A stretch of 64,000 nucleotides of DNA from Burkholderiaceae bacterium. GTDB lineage: Bacteria > Pseudomonadota > Gammaproteobacteria > Burkholderiales > Burkholderiaceae_D. Under the pieces are notes generated by a model. That model saw only the letters and a list, made by a program, of their open reading frames with translations. It searched no databases and had not been told where the DNA came from. The position numbers were made by a program, and so were the translations under genes. Of this stretch, positions 54,501 through 62,536 are shown piece after piece. The stretch covers positions 885 through 64,884 of the forward strand of contig DATBQE010000239.1 of the NCBI GenBank assembly GCA_036561005.1. Reading direction: 5' to 3'. Numbering within the stretch: the stretch's first letter is position 1; every line of letters begins with the position of its first letter.

Positions 54501-56139
54501 GCATTTTTTCCGCGGACGGATTGAACAAGGTGATCAACCCAGTCGTGTCGGTTGCGATGATGGCGTAAGCGGCGCTATTGAGAATGGCGCCTTGCAGGGC
54601 CGAGTAATTGCGTATTTCGACCGTGCGCTCTGCAACCTGGTGTTCCAGCGTCCGGTTCAATTCGCGGATACGCCGCTCCACCATCATTTGCGAGCCGATA
54701 TCGCGCGCGGTCTTGGCGGCGCCGATGACGCGCCCCTGAGCCGACAGGATGGGCGACACCGTAATGGCGACGTCGACGTCGCTGCCGTCCTTCCTGCGCC
54801 GTGTCGTGATCATATTGTCGACACGCTCGCCCCGGCCGATGCGGCGCAGGATGTCGCTTTCCTCATCGCGCAATTCTTCGGGAACGATCAAGGTCATCAG
54901 CGACTTGCCGATTGCTTCGCGGACGCTGTAGCCGAACAAATCTTCAGCGCCGCGATTCCAGCTCGTCACCTCGCCTGCAAGTGTCTTGCCGATGATAGCG
55001 TCATGTGAGCTTTCCACAATGGCCGCCAATTCGGCTTGCCTTTTGAACGCCTGCCTTCTTTGCCGCATATAAATGAGGACAATAAGCAATACGGTCAACT
55101 CCGCCAGGAACATGGCCACCGCCGCCTTGATCTGGATTTTCCGCGCCGAAGCGATCAGCGTGCGGTCGGCCAATACGACGCGCAAGGTGAGCGACCTGGC
55201 CGGATCGGCGCGATTGAGGGCAATGCTCTGCGTGGCCACGTGCACCACGCCGCCGGCGCCGGCATACCGTTCCAGCCCGGCCGGTTCGTCGCTGTCGCGC
55301 GGCAACAACCGGAAATCGTTTTGCCAGCGCCACGCATTACCCTGATCAAATCCGAAAACGTCCTGCGAGTCGGGCCGCAACAAATAATCGCCTTTTCCGT
55401 TGGTCAGGTAGATTTGCAAAAACGTCGACGAATTCGCCGCCAGGCGGTTGAACAGCCCCTGCACGTTGAGATTCAACACAATGACACCGAACAACTTGCC
55501 GTCGGCCGCATAGACCGGTGTAGCGGCGCGGATGGTTTTGACAAAGGGCGGCTGGACTTTTCCATGCTCCTGGTTCAAATCGACGTCGGAAATATAAACC
55601 TCGCCGGCGGCCAGCTTCACCGCATTGACGATGAAATAGCGCTCTGCCTTGGACTGCAATTGGTCGTCCGGCGTGACGACAATCCGGCCCTGCAACTGAT
55701 CGACACGGACGATTTCCCCGACGTTGCCGGCTATCCCGATGAAACGCACCTTCGACACATCGGGATTTTCCTGCGCGAAGGCGGAAAAGATCTGCTGCAT
55801 GCGCACGCGCCACAACGGCAGCGGTGTTTTTTCCTGCGTGTCATAGCCGTTGTTGCCGTAGGCACGGACCATACCCTGAACCGGCGGAATGTGCGCAAGA
55901 AACCGTGTATTCTGGCGCAGTCGTTCGATGTTTTCGTTCAGTATTGCAGCGCGCAGCCCGGCAGAGGCTTCCATGCGCGAATCCATGGAGTTGAGGTTTT
56001 GCGCGCGATCAAAGCTCCCTGCGAAATAGATGGTTGCCAGGAGTATAGAAACCAGCAGGGCAACAGACACCGCCGCCAGACGAAAGCTCGGATTTTCAAC
56101 CAGGTTCTTGAATCTCGTCATTCGCATCGGGGCTGCCAT
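51526..56139 (-). CDS. large hybrid sensor histidine kinase (periplasmic sensor, 3 PAS, HisKA-HATPase, 2 REC, Hpt)
   Basis: 1537 aa. Two TM segments bracket a ~300-aa extracytoplasmic domain. H-box [29 protein letters not shown], receivers [10 protein letters not shown] and [10 protein letters not shown], and Hpt [12 protein letters not shown]. Confidence 0.88.
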   Translation of the reverse strand: MAAPMRMTRFKNLVENPSFRLAAVSVALLVSILLATIYFAGSFDRAQNLNSMDSRMEASAGLRAAILNENIERLRQNTRFLAHIPPVQGMVRAYGNNGYDTQEKTPLPLWRVRMQQIFSAFAQENPDVSKVRFIGIAGNVGEIVRVDQLQGRIVVTPDDQLQSKAERYFIVNAVKLAAGEVYISDVDLNQEHGKVQPPFVKTIRAATPVYAADGKLFGVIVLNLNVQGLFNRLAANSSTFLQIYLTNGKGDYLLRPDSQDVFGFDQGNAWRWQNDFRLLPRDSDEPAGLERYAGAGGVVHVATQSIALNRADPARSLTLRVVLADRTLIASARKIQIKAAVAMFLAELTVLLIVLIYMRQRRQAFKRQAELAAIVESSHDAIIGKTLAGEVTSWNRGAEDLFGYSVREAIGKSLMTLIVPEELRDEESDILRRIGRGERVDNMITTRRRKDGSDVDVAITVSPILSAQGRVIGAAKTARDIGSQMMVERRIRELNRTLEHQVAERTVEIRNYSALQGAILNSAAYAIIATDTTGLITLFNPSAEKMLGYRADEMIGQQSPGVFHDPAEVVARAAEFSETLGQSIEPGFGVFVVKSQMGLPNEHEWTYVARDGTRIPVLLAVTALRAEDGSIFGYLGMAADLSERHEAEQAMQEKNRFLDTLAANIPGLIAYWDRDLRCRFSNRNYIDWFGKSDDAMRGIHLKTLLGNALFAQNEPFMQAAFEGRAQRFERTLKKQDGTISHTWAHYIPDMDGDVVRGVIVLVTDVSEVKRAQFALQKLNDELEARTVEAESANRAKSEFLANMSHEIRTPMNAILGMLQLLQQTGLDRRQGDYAGKAETAARTLLGILNDILDFSRVEAGKMELDPQPFSIDKLLRDIAVILSSSVGEKDLEILFDVDPALPDWVVGDSLRLQQVLINLAGNAVKFTERGEVVMSVKLQPTPDDELAIRFSVRDTGIGISSEQCTRIFEGFSQAEASTARRFGGSGLGLAISKRLVKLMGGDLCVDSVVGQGSTFHFTIACQPAPLGYQPDKPRLIVDTRNLHCLVVDDNASARQVLTEMLLSFGWHVDAVESGGAAVDAIAARRQIRGYDLVLVDWRMPGMDGLETCRRIRELLPDAGTLIVMVTAHSRKMLAECGDDVSALCDAFLVKPVTASILYDAVADGRAGHGKNLPMEMRRNPAQQRLAGLHILLVEDNATNQIVARDLLSNDGAVVVVAENGQAGIDTILAARRPFDVVLMDVQMPEMDGYAATRIIRERMGLHTLPIIAMTANAMASDREAALAAGMNDHVGKPFELSHLVATILRHTGRAEIAGAPWHTAPATDPLSAALEFDVDAALQRLGNMVPVYVAALKGFLKEVPKYREEYAQAMRVKQRDDARRILHTLKGMAGTVGANRFAALAAHAEQRLRDVPADAASLGLLLPHEDVWQAGVTAMAHARAHLARLAVEPPAAQQRSGAPELRTGLIELQTMLRAADLGADQVFETLRMAHNRAFPEQFARISDCIDRLDYRAAAAMCAELLLTMPGESASTEGKLTR

Positions 56140-56193
56140 TGGGCATTCACGTTCAAATCGCTAAAACAGGTGACTCGGCCCGGATGGCAAAGG

Positions 56194-57117
56194 TCAGATA
56201 ATTGGCCATGCGACCACCCGGTCACGCCCTGAAGATTTGGCCCGATACAAGGCCTGATCGGCTTCTTCGATGAAGCTACGGGCAGTATCGCCCTCATCGG
56301 GAATATGCGCGGTGACGCCAACGCTGATGGTCACCAATCCACCCTGCGGCGAAGCAGGATGAGAAAGGTTCAGCGAACGAATTGCGGCACAGATTTTTTC
56401 ACCGTACCCGCTCGCTTCCCCGATATTGGCATAGGGCAGCACGGCAACGAACTCTTCGCCGCCAAAACGCGCGACAAACTCGCCCGGACGTTGCGACGCA
56501 TCGGCCAAGGCCGTTGCCACCTTGCGCAGGCATTCGTCACCGCCCAAATGGCCAAAGGTATCGTTATACGGCTTGAAGTAATCGATGTCGACGAGGACCA
56601 ATCCCAACGACAGGCCCTGGCGCCGATGGCGCAGGAACTCGCTTTCCATCGTTTCGTCGAAATAGCGCCGGTTATACAAACCGGTCAGCACGTCGCGGGT
56701 GGCGGCACGCATCAGGGCGGCAGCCTGGCGCTGTATTTTCAAATGTGCGCTCACGCGTGCCCGCACCACAAGATGGTGAAGCGGCTTGGAAATGAAATCG
56801 ACCGCGCCGCCCTGCAGCGCCCTGATTTCACTGTCCCTGTTGGTTTCGGCCGTGACAAAAATGACGGAAATATCGCTGGTCGCCGCGTCGGCCTTGAGCT
56901 GCCTGCAGACCTCGTAGCCATTCATGAGCGGCATCTCGACATCGAGCAGGATCAGTTGCGGGTGATAATTGCGTGCTAGTTGCAGGCCGTCTGCACCGTT
57001 GGTGGCAAAGCGGATTTCCGCCAGATCCTTGAGCATTTCCGCCAGCAAACGAACGGCCACGACACTGTCGTCTATGATCAGAATGGTACTTTGATCTTCG
57101 GTCGAAACGGCCATCAC
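56194..57117 (-). CDS. response regulator diguanylate cyclase (REC-GGDEF)
   Basis: 307 aa. ILIIDDSVVAVRLL..LLDVEMPLMNG, then RYFDE...RFGGEEFVAVL (GGEEF active site). Confidence 0.88.
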   Translation of the reverse strand: MMAVSTEDQSTILIIDDSVVAVRLLAEMLKDLAEIRFATNGADGLQLARNYHPQLILLDVEMPLMNGYEVCRQLKADAATSDISVIFVTAETNRDSEIRALQGGAVDFISKPLHHLVVRARVSAHLKIQRQAAALMRAATRDVLTGLYNRRYFDETMESEFLRHRRQGLSLGLVLVDIDYFKPYNDTFGHLGGDECLRKVATALADASQRPGEFVARFGGEEFVAVLPYANIGEASGYGEKICAAIRSLNLSHPASPQGGLVTISVGVTAHIPDEGDTARSFIEEADQALYRAKSSGRDRVVAWPII

Positions 57118-57498
57118 GGTCCTATCGCGCGCTCTGAACAGGTAATCCAGTCATTTCAACCCAGGTCAGTGGATCCGGCGGCGCCATGGAAGCACCACCG
57201 CGGGGGTTGCCGGCCTCGACACGGCGGACCACGAAATTCGCGGTGACAGACAAAAAGAAAAGCAAAAAGGTAAGCAAAAACATGTCCCCGGCGTGGCCGC
57301 CTGTAATGGGGCCTTATCCTAAAACTGCTAGGTTCCAAGAATCAATTGTATTGCCGGAGCGGGAAATGCAAGCGCCGGAGCCCAAAATAAACGGGGCGCC
57401 GGCGCTGGAAGTGTTGTTTTCAGGCAAACCACAATGCGAACGAAAACCAATCGCAGCCGGGTTCTCTTGGCCGTCTGCGTGCAATCGGCCCTTCGGCC

Positions 57499-59229
57499 CT
57501 ACGTCACCTTCACCGCATGTTCGCGCGTCGAATGGAATGTCACCTTGGGCCAGCGTTCTTGCGTCAGCTTGAGATTGACGCCGGAAGTAGCCAGGTATGC
57601 AAGGTTACCGGCCGCGTCGTAGGCCAGGTTATGGCCGGCCGACGATTTCTCGAAATCGGCCAGAATACGCTTGTCGTCGCACGACACCCAGCGCGCGCTG
57701 CTGATGCTGGTGCCCTCGAACACGGCGTCGACGCCATATTCATTGAGCAGGCGGCTCGCCACCACTTCAAACTGCAGCACCCCGACCGCGCCAAGCACCA
57801 GGTCGCTATTGTTGACCGGTTTGAACACCTGCACCGCGCCCTCTTCGCCCAACTGCTGCAAGCCCTTGTGCAACTGCTTGATCTTGAGCGGGTTACGGAT
57901 GCGTACCGAACGGAAAAAATCGGGCGCGAAGTAGGGAATGCCGGTAAATTGCAGCAATTCGCCTTCGGAAAAACTGTCGCCGATCTGCATGTTGCCGTGG
58001 TTGGGCAGGCCGATGATGTCGCCCGCGTAGGCTTCTTCCACCTGCTCGCGGCTCGATGCCATGAAGGTCACCACCGACGACACCTTGATCTCGCGATTGA
58101 GGCGCAGATGCTTGATCTTCATGCCGCGTTCGAAATGGCCGGAACAAACGCGCAGAAAGGCAATGCGGTCGCGGTGCGCCGGGTCCATGTTGGCCTGGAT
58201 CTTGAACACAAAGCCGGAGAACGCCGGCTCGCTCGGCTTGACCGAGCGCACCGTCGCATCGCGCTCGCGCGGCGGCTGGGCCCAGTCGAGCAAGGCGTCG
58301 AGAATTTCACGCACGCCGAAGTTGTTGATGGCCGAACCGAAAAACACCGGCGTCTGCGTGCCGGCCAGAAAGGCGTCGAGATCGAACGGGTGCGACGCGC
58401 CGTGCACCAGTTCCACTTCCATCTTCAACTGCTCGATTTCCAGCGGGAACATCTCCGCCAGGCGCGGGTTGTCGATGCCCTTCAGAATTTCAAAAGTCTG
58501 GTCGGCCTTTTCGCTACCCGGCGCAAACAGCATGATCTCATCGCGCAGCAAGTGATAGACGCCGCGGAAAGTCTTGCCCATGCCGATCGGCCAGGTCACC
58601 GGCGCGCACTGGATTTCCAGCACCGATTCGAGTTCGTCGAGCAATTCCAACGGATCGCGCGTTTCGCGGTCCATCTTGTTCATGAACGTGATGATGGGCG
58701 TATTGCGCATGCGACACACGTTCAACAGCTTGATCGTCTGCGCTTCCACGCCCTTGGCCGCATCGATCACCATCAGCGCCGAGTCCACGGCGGTCAGCAC
58801 GCGGTAGGTATCTTCGGAAAAGTCCTGGTGGCCCGGGGTATCGAGCAGGTTCACCACGTGATCGCGATATTCGAACTGCATCACCGAGCTGGCCACCGAA
58901 ATGCCGCGCTGCTTTTCGATTTCCATCCAGTCCGAGGTGGCGTGCCGCCCGCTCTTGCGCGCCTTGACGGTTCCGGCCAGCTGGATCGCGCCCGAGAACA
59001 GCAGCAGCTTTTCCGTCAGCGTGGTTTTACCGGCGTCCGGGTGGGAAATGATGCCGAAGGTGCGGCGCCGCGCGACTTCTCGCACGATCTGGTCGGTCGA
59101 AACCTTGCTGGGTTCCGGCGTCGCCAGGGCCGCGTCAGTCGCTTCGGCGATTGAAGGCACGTCGCTGCCGGGTTCGGAATTATCTACCGTGCCGTCTGAG
59201 GAATTGTCGGTTGCTGCTGCCATGACCAT
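57499..59229 (-). CDS. prfC: peptide chain release factor 3
   Basis: 576 aa. [35 protein letters not shown] and NKMD are the GTPase motifs with RF3-specific context. It has an N-terminal ~45-aa acidic/Ser-Thr-rich extension relative to E. coli RF3, so the start is uncertain. Confidence 0.92.
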   Translation of the reverse strand: MVMAAATDNSSDGTVDNSEPGSDVPSIAEATDAALATPEPSKVSTDQIVREVARRRTFGIISHPDAGKTTLTEKLLLFSGAIQLAGTVKARKSGRHATSDWMEIEKQRGISVASSVMQFEYRDHVVNLLDTPGHQDFSEDTYRVLTAVDSALMVIDAAKGVEAQTIKLLNVCRMRNTPIITFMNKMDRETRDPLELLDELESVLEIQCAPVTWPIGMGKTFRGVYHLLRDEIMLFAPGSEKADQTFEILKGIDNPRLAEMFPLEIEQLKMEVELVHGASHPFDLDAFLAGTQTPVFFGSAINNFGVREILDALLDWAQPPRERDATVRSVKPSEPAFSGFVFKIQANMDPAHRDRIAFLRVCSGHFERGMKIKHLRLNREIKVSSVVTFMASSREQVEEAYAGDIIGLPNHGNMQIGDSFSEGELLQFTGIPYFAPDFFRSVRIRNPLKIKQLHKGLQQLGEEGAVQVFKPVNNSDLVLGAVGVLQFEVVASRLLNEYGVDAVFEGTSISSARWVSCDDKRILADFEKSSAGHNLAYDAAGNLAYLATSGVNLKLTQERWPKVTFHSTREHAVKVT

Positions 59230-59535
59230 GTTTATCGCGTTTGCAAAACCCTCAAGTTTACCGGCTCTTGAGCGGCAAGTCTATGTCATTGATAAAAAAG
59301 GAGATTTTCTCCGATGCCCAAGCGACGCCAAGCCGGCTCAATCCCCTGACCCGCCGCGCCTTGCCTACATGAGCGGCCCCGCCGAAGTTATGAACAATTA
59401 TTGTGTCCAAGTTTGTGGATAACCCGCGGAAAAGTCATTCAAACCATTGAATTTAAACAAAATTATAGTGCTGCCCTCAAGCTGCACAACGCGCTGTGTA
59501 ACCTCACCCGGCCAACGGCCACGCCGCACGCGGAC

Positions 59536-59568
59536 AAAAAAATGCCCGCGTGGCGCACAGTGCGGGCA
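59536..59568 (-). terminator. orphan intrinsic-terminator-like hairpin
   Basis: The minus strand reads TGCCCGC-ACTGTGCGCCAC-GCGGGCA followed by TTTTTTT (plus A-run 59536-59542). No annotated minus-strand gene ends just upstream of it. Confidence 0.4.
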
Positions 59569-59862
59569 AACGCAAACTCCGAGGAGTTTCCGAGGGAGAT
59601 ACGATTTGAACCGGCTCGCAAGGCTGCGCACAGTTGCCCGCGCAGCAAGATCGAAACCGGCGCTTGTACTGTAACCGCCAGCGCACAGGGTGTTATTCGC
59701 TTGTTCAAAGGTTCGGCCGAACATTATCAAGCAGACACTTTTGGGCGCGGCGCCCGACTTGATGGTGCAAAATATTTAACAAAATTTGCATTTGACCATT
59801 GCCTCTTTGACGATTCTTGCCTAAGTTTAAAGCCCGTACCTGAACCCGAATGGAGGAGCAAC

Positions 59863-60204
59863 ATGATGCAGGCAGTCTCAAACAGCAACCCCGGGTACCA
59901 GGAGGGAGCAATCCAGCGCGTCAACCACCGCAGCACCGTCACCACCCCGCTCAGGCTGCTCGAAGTCGAGCGCGCCAGTGTGGTTGACGCCATAAGCCCC
60001 GACAGTGGCGCAGGCAGCCAGTACGACACCGTGTTCGCCATGGGCACCATGCGCGAACTCTGCCCGCATTGCAATTCCACGCACCTGCAACTGATATTGC
60101 GCCAGAAACGCGTGCGCCACGCGCACCTGTTCTGCGATCATTGCGAACGCTGCTACGATGCGCGCTATCTCGATGGGGCGCCGGCTTTGGAGATGGGTGG
60201 CTGA
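59863..60204 (+). CDS. hypothetical zinc-ribbon protein (CPHC...CDHC)
   Basis: ATG preceded by GGAGGAG (59852-59858). 113 aa: MMQAVSNSNPGYQ...ELCPHCNSTHLQLILRQKRVRHAHLFCDHCERCYDARY. The longer 267-aa track ORF has an implausible N-terminal part. Confidence 0.5.
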   Translation: MMQAVSNSNPGYQEGAIQRVNHRSTVTTPLRLLEVERASVVDAISPDSGAGSQYDTVFAMGTMRELCPHCNSTHLQLILRQKRVRHAHLFCDHCERCYDARYLDGAPALEMGG

Positions 60205-60229
60205 GAGCGAAGTTGGGTATAGCGCCGCA

Positions 60230-60796
60230 TCACCGCGCGCCGATGCCCAGCTCGCCGTCAAACGCCTGTTCCACATCGCAATAGGGACGTTTCGCAACGA
60301 CGGTACCCGCTTGCTCGAACGAATAAGGCGGGTAACCCGGTATGCCGTCGAGGTTGTGGACCAGCGAATAAAAGGTAAACGTCACCTTTGCCGTGTCGGC
60401 AAAACTGTTTCCAAAATCGCGGTCCGCCATGATCAGCGTGGCAGGCTCCTTGCCGCGTGCAGCCAGCAGCCTGAAATCATGCAAGACGCAATCGGCACCG
60501 CCACTGACGGTCACTTGCCATTTCTCGCCACCTTTGGTCATGACGGGCACCACGTCCCATGGCGCCGAAGCACTCGTGTCGTGCCGATCGGGAACATAGA
60601 ATGACACCACGTCGAAACTGTGGGCGTTGTAGCTCTCCCGGTGGCCGGACACAACCATATCGGCCACGCCCTCACCGGTGAAATCAACCTGCGTGATGCC
60701 GTTTGCGATCTTGACCACGCGCGAAGTCGATTGTTCGTCGGCAGAAGCCGAGGCGGAGCCAAGCAGTGCGACAAACAATAAGGCGAAAATTTTCAC
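60230..60796 (-). CDS. hypothetical secreted protein
   Basis: 188 aa. Signal peptide MKIFALLFVALLGSASASA. No family assigned with confidence. Confidence 0.55.
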   Translation of the reverse strand: MKIFALLFVALLGSASASADEQSTSRVVKIANGITQVDFTGEGVADMVVSGHRESYNAHSFDVVSFYVPDRHDTSASAPWDVVPVMTKGGEKWQVTVSGGADCVLHDFRLLAARGKEPATLIMADRDFGNSFADTAKVTFTFYSLVHNLDGIPGYPPYSFEQAGTVVAKRPYCDVEQAFDGELGIGAR

Positions 60797-61090
60797 GGTT
60801 CACCTGATCCTCTTTGGTTGCATTGAATCGAATCCAATCCGTGGCGTATCGCCCCGCGCAGTCAAGCGACCTTGCATAGCATCTTGCGCGGTTTGCACAT
60901 CGCTGGGCAAATTGGCCATAAATCATCATACCTTGCCGTGCAGGTGCACGGTGAGGCGGCTTTAGGGGCGAGCACGGAAGAAATCTTCACAGGCGTTGCG
61001 CGCTTAGTTGGCCGTCATATCAAAAAAGGGATCGACGCGATGCGCAGCAAAGAGTGCGCGGTCGATACGCACCAGCCCGCAGTAGCCTAC

Positions 61091-61134
61091 GCCGTCATTG
61101 CGCCGTCATTGCGCCGTCATTGCGCCGTCATTGC
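61091..61134. repeat. 11-bp tandem repeat x4 (GCCGTCATTGC)
   Basis: Four perfect head-to-tail units read directly. The last unit overlaps the stop codon of the minus-strand gene 61128..61586. Confidence 0.9.
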
Positions 61135-61586
61135 GTTTTCAAAGACGCTAAAAAGCCCGCGAGCATGTTCTTGTTCGCGATATCGGACCTGTAGGGAAAG
61201 TATTTTTCCAGCGCCGTCATTAAGGCGAGCCAACCAGTGAGGAAGGCTTCGTCCTTTTGCAGCGCAGGCTTTGCTTGCGCCCACATCCTCTCGCAGTTGC
61301 GTAATGATTCACGGATGCGATGCGACTCCAACCAGCAATCGGCGCAGAGCGCACGTCGCTGGCTGATGTTGGCCTTCTTGACTTCGTAGTTGTATTGCTG
61401 GTCCTGCGCGGTGAAAATGCAATTGGCCTTGCAGCATCGGCATTGATAGGCAATGTCCTTGTATACGTAACCATAATGGAACGAATAGGAACGCTTGCTC
61501 TCGACCGACCACTGGTCCGGGTTGGCAGTCACCTCGGTCGGCCTGTCACTTAAACCTTTGCGTTTCGATCTATTCTGTCTGGACAT
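61128..61586 (-). CDS. zinc-ribbon-domain protein (zf-trcl-like)
   Basis: 152 aa. YKDIAYQCRCCKANCIFTAQDQQYNYEVKKANISQRRALCADCW resembles the 'probable zinc-ribbon' domain pattern (C.xC...f.ftaeeQ.fy...g...P.rC..C). Confidence 0.5.
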   Translation of the reverse strand: MSRQNRSKRKGLSDRPTEVTANPDQWSVESKRSYSFHYGYVYKDIAYQCRCCKANCIFTAQDQQYNYEVKKANISQRRALCADCWLESHRIRESLRNCERMWAQAKPALQKDEAFLTGWLALMTALEKYFPYRSDIANKNMLAGFLASLKTQ

Positions 61587-61641
61587 GCTGAAAACCCGGC
61601 CGCCTGTTCATTTGCCCCATCGGAGCAAGCGCGTTGAACGA

Positions 61642-61932
61642 TTACTTCGAGAAAAAATACTTGACGCTCTCCTGATCCCCGCCCTGCTCGTAGGTGAATT
61701 CTGAAAAGGGACCCGGTGTTTTGTAGACATTTCCCACATAGCCTTCCTGGGTGCCATCGTACTTCATAAACGTGGCGTGATAATACATTTTGACCGGGCG
61801 CGCCGACGCGTACAGGTAAGTCAGAACAAAGACATAGCCTTGTTCGCCGACTACTGTCGCCGTTGCAGTTCCACGCGCGGCAAGCTGCCCGGCCAAATCC
61901 GTATCATCGGGCAAGCTTGAACGCACTGTCAC
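61642..61932 (-). CDS. hypothetical small protein
   Basis: 96-aa ORF with a GTG start and protein-like composition. No family recognised. Confidence 0.35.
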   Translation of the reverse strand: MTVRSSLPDDTDLAGQLAARGTATATVVGEQGYVFVLTYLYASARPVKMYYHATFMKYDGTQEGYVGNVYKTPGPFSEFTYEQGGDQESVKYFFSK

Positions 61933-62536
61933 GATGCTGATTTATTCGGTATTTACCCTTCTCAATTCTCACATTTCTCAAATCGAGGCCGGCATCGCGT
62001 GGACAAAGCCGCGCAAGAATTCATGTCGGAAGGCGCTGCAGAAAAGGAGTCGCTACGATAGCACGGCGAGGCGAGAGCACAGCGTCATATTCGTTGCGAA
62101 ATATTTTCCAAATACCATATTCATGGGATTTTCAATCTACCTTGGTTGAACATAGAATGCCTTTCATGCAACTGCCACTATGCTAAGAAATCGCCCGGCG
62201 ATGATACCAGCGTATCGGCATGCGCTATGAAAATGGTCGCGGTATATTAGAACCACTTCAGCCCTGTCACAACACGCCGACGGAATAGACCGCATCAATA
62301 TTCTCAGGCTTCCCATTTTTTGAAATGCCCCTGGTTGAGCATGCCATTAGCGGCGCTCGTCCGGTAAAAACATATTGCCCACTGGCCTGTCGCAAACGGT
62401 CTCTGGAGCGGAGCAAGGTACCCAAATGCTCCGCCTGAGGCGCTGAGTTCCTATCGTTTTAATGCATCGCCCTGCAAGATCCAAGTCGATTTCCTTCTCA
62501 AATCACCGCAGCAATCACAGCCAGGAGTACCTAGCC

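Noticed and set aside
52186-55008. 940-aa plus-strand ORF
   Set aside because: Antisense to the 1537-aa hybrid kinase gene, which has H-box, G-box, REC and Hpt motifs.
57517-59154. 545-aa plus-strand ORF
   Set aside because: Antisense to prfC.
59414-59422. Perfect DnaA box (TGTGGATAA = TTATCCACA)
   Set aside because: It is a single isolated 9-mer. There is no cluster of boxes, no AT-rich DUE and no dnaA/dnaN context, so chance occurrence is likely.
59401-59862. N-terminal 154 codons of the 267-aa ORF 59401..60204
   Set aside because: The composition is implausible and there is no SD. A strong GGAGGAG + ATG at 59863 starts the believable zinc-ribbon protein.
60872-61240. 122-aa plus-strand ORF spanning the 11-bp tandem repeat
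   Set aside because: The 11-bp unit is not a multiple of 3 and the peptide (..AVIAPSLRRHCAVIAFS..) is repeat-driven. The minus-strand zinc-ribbon gene explains the region.
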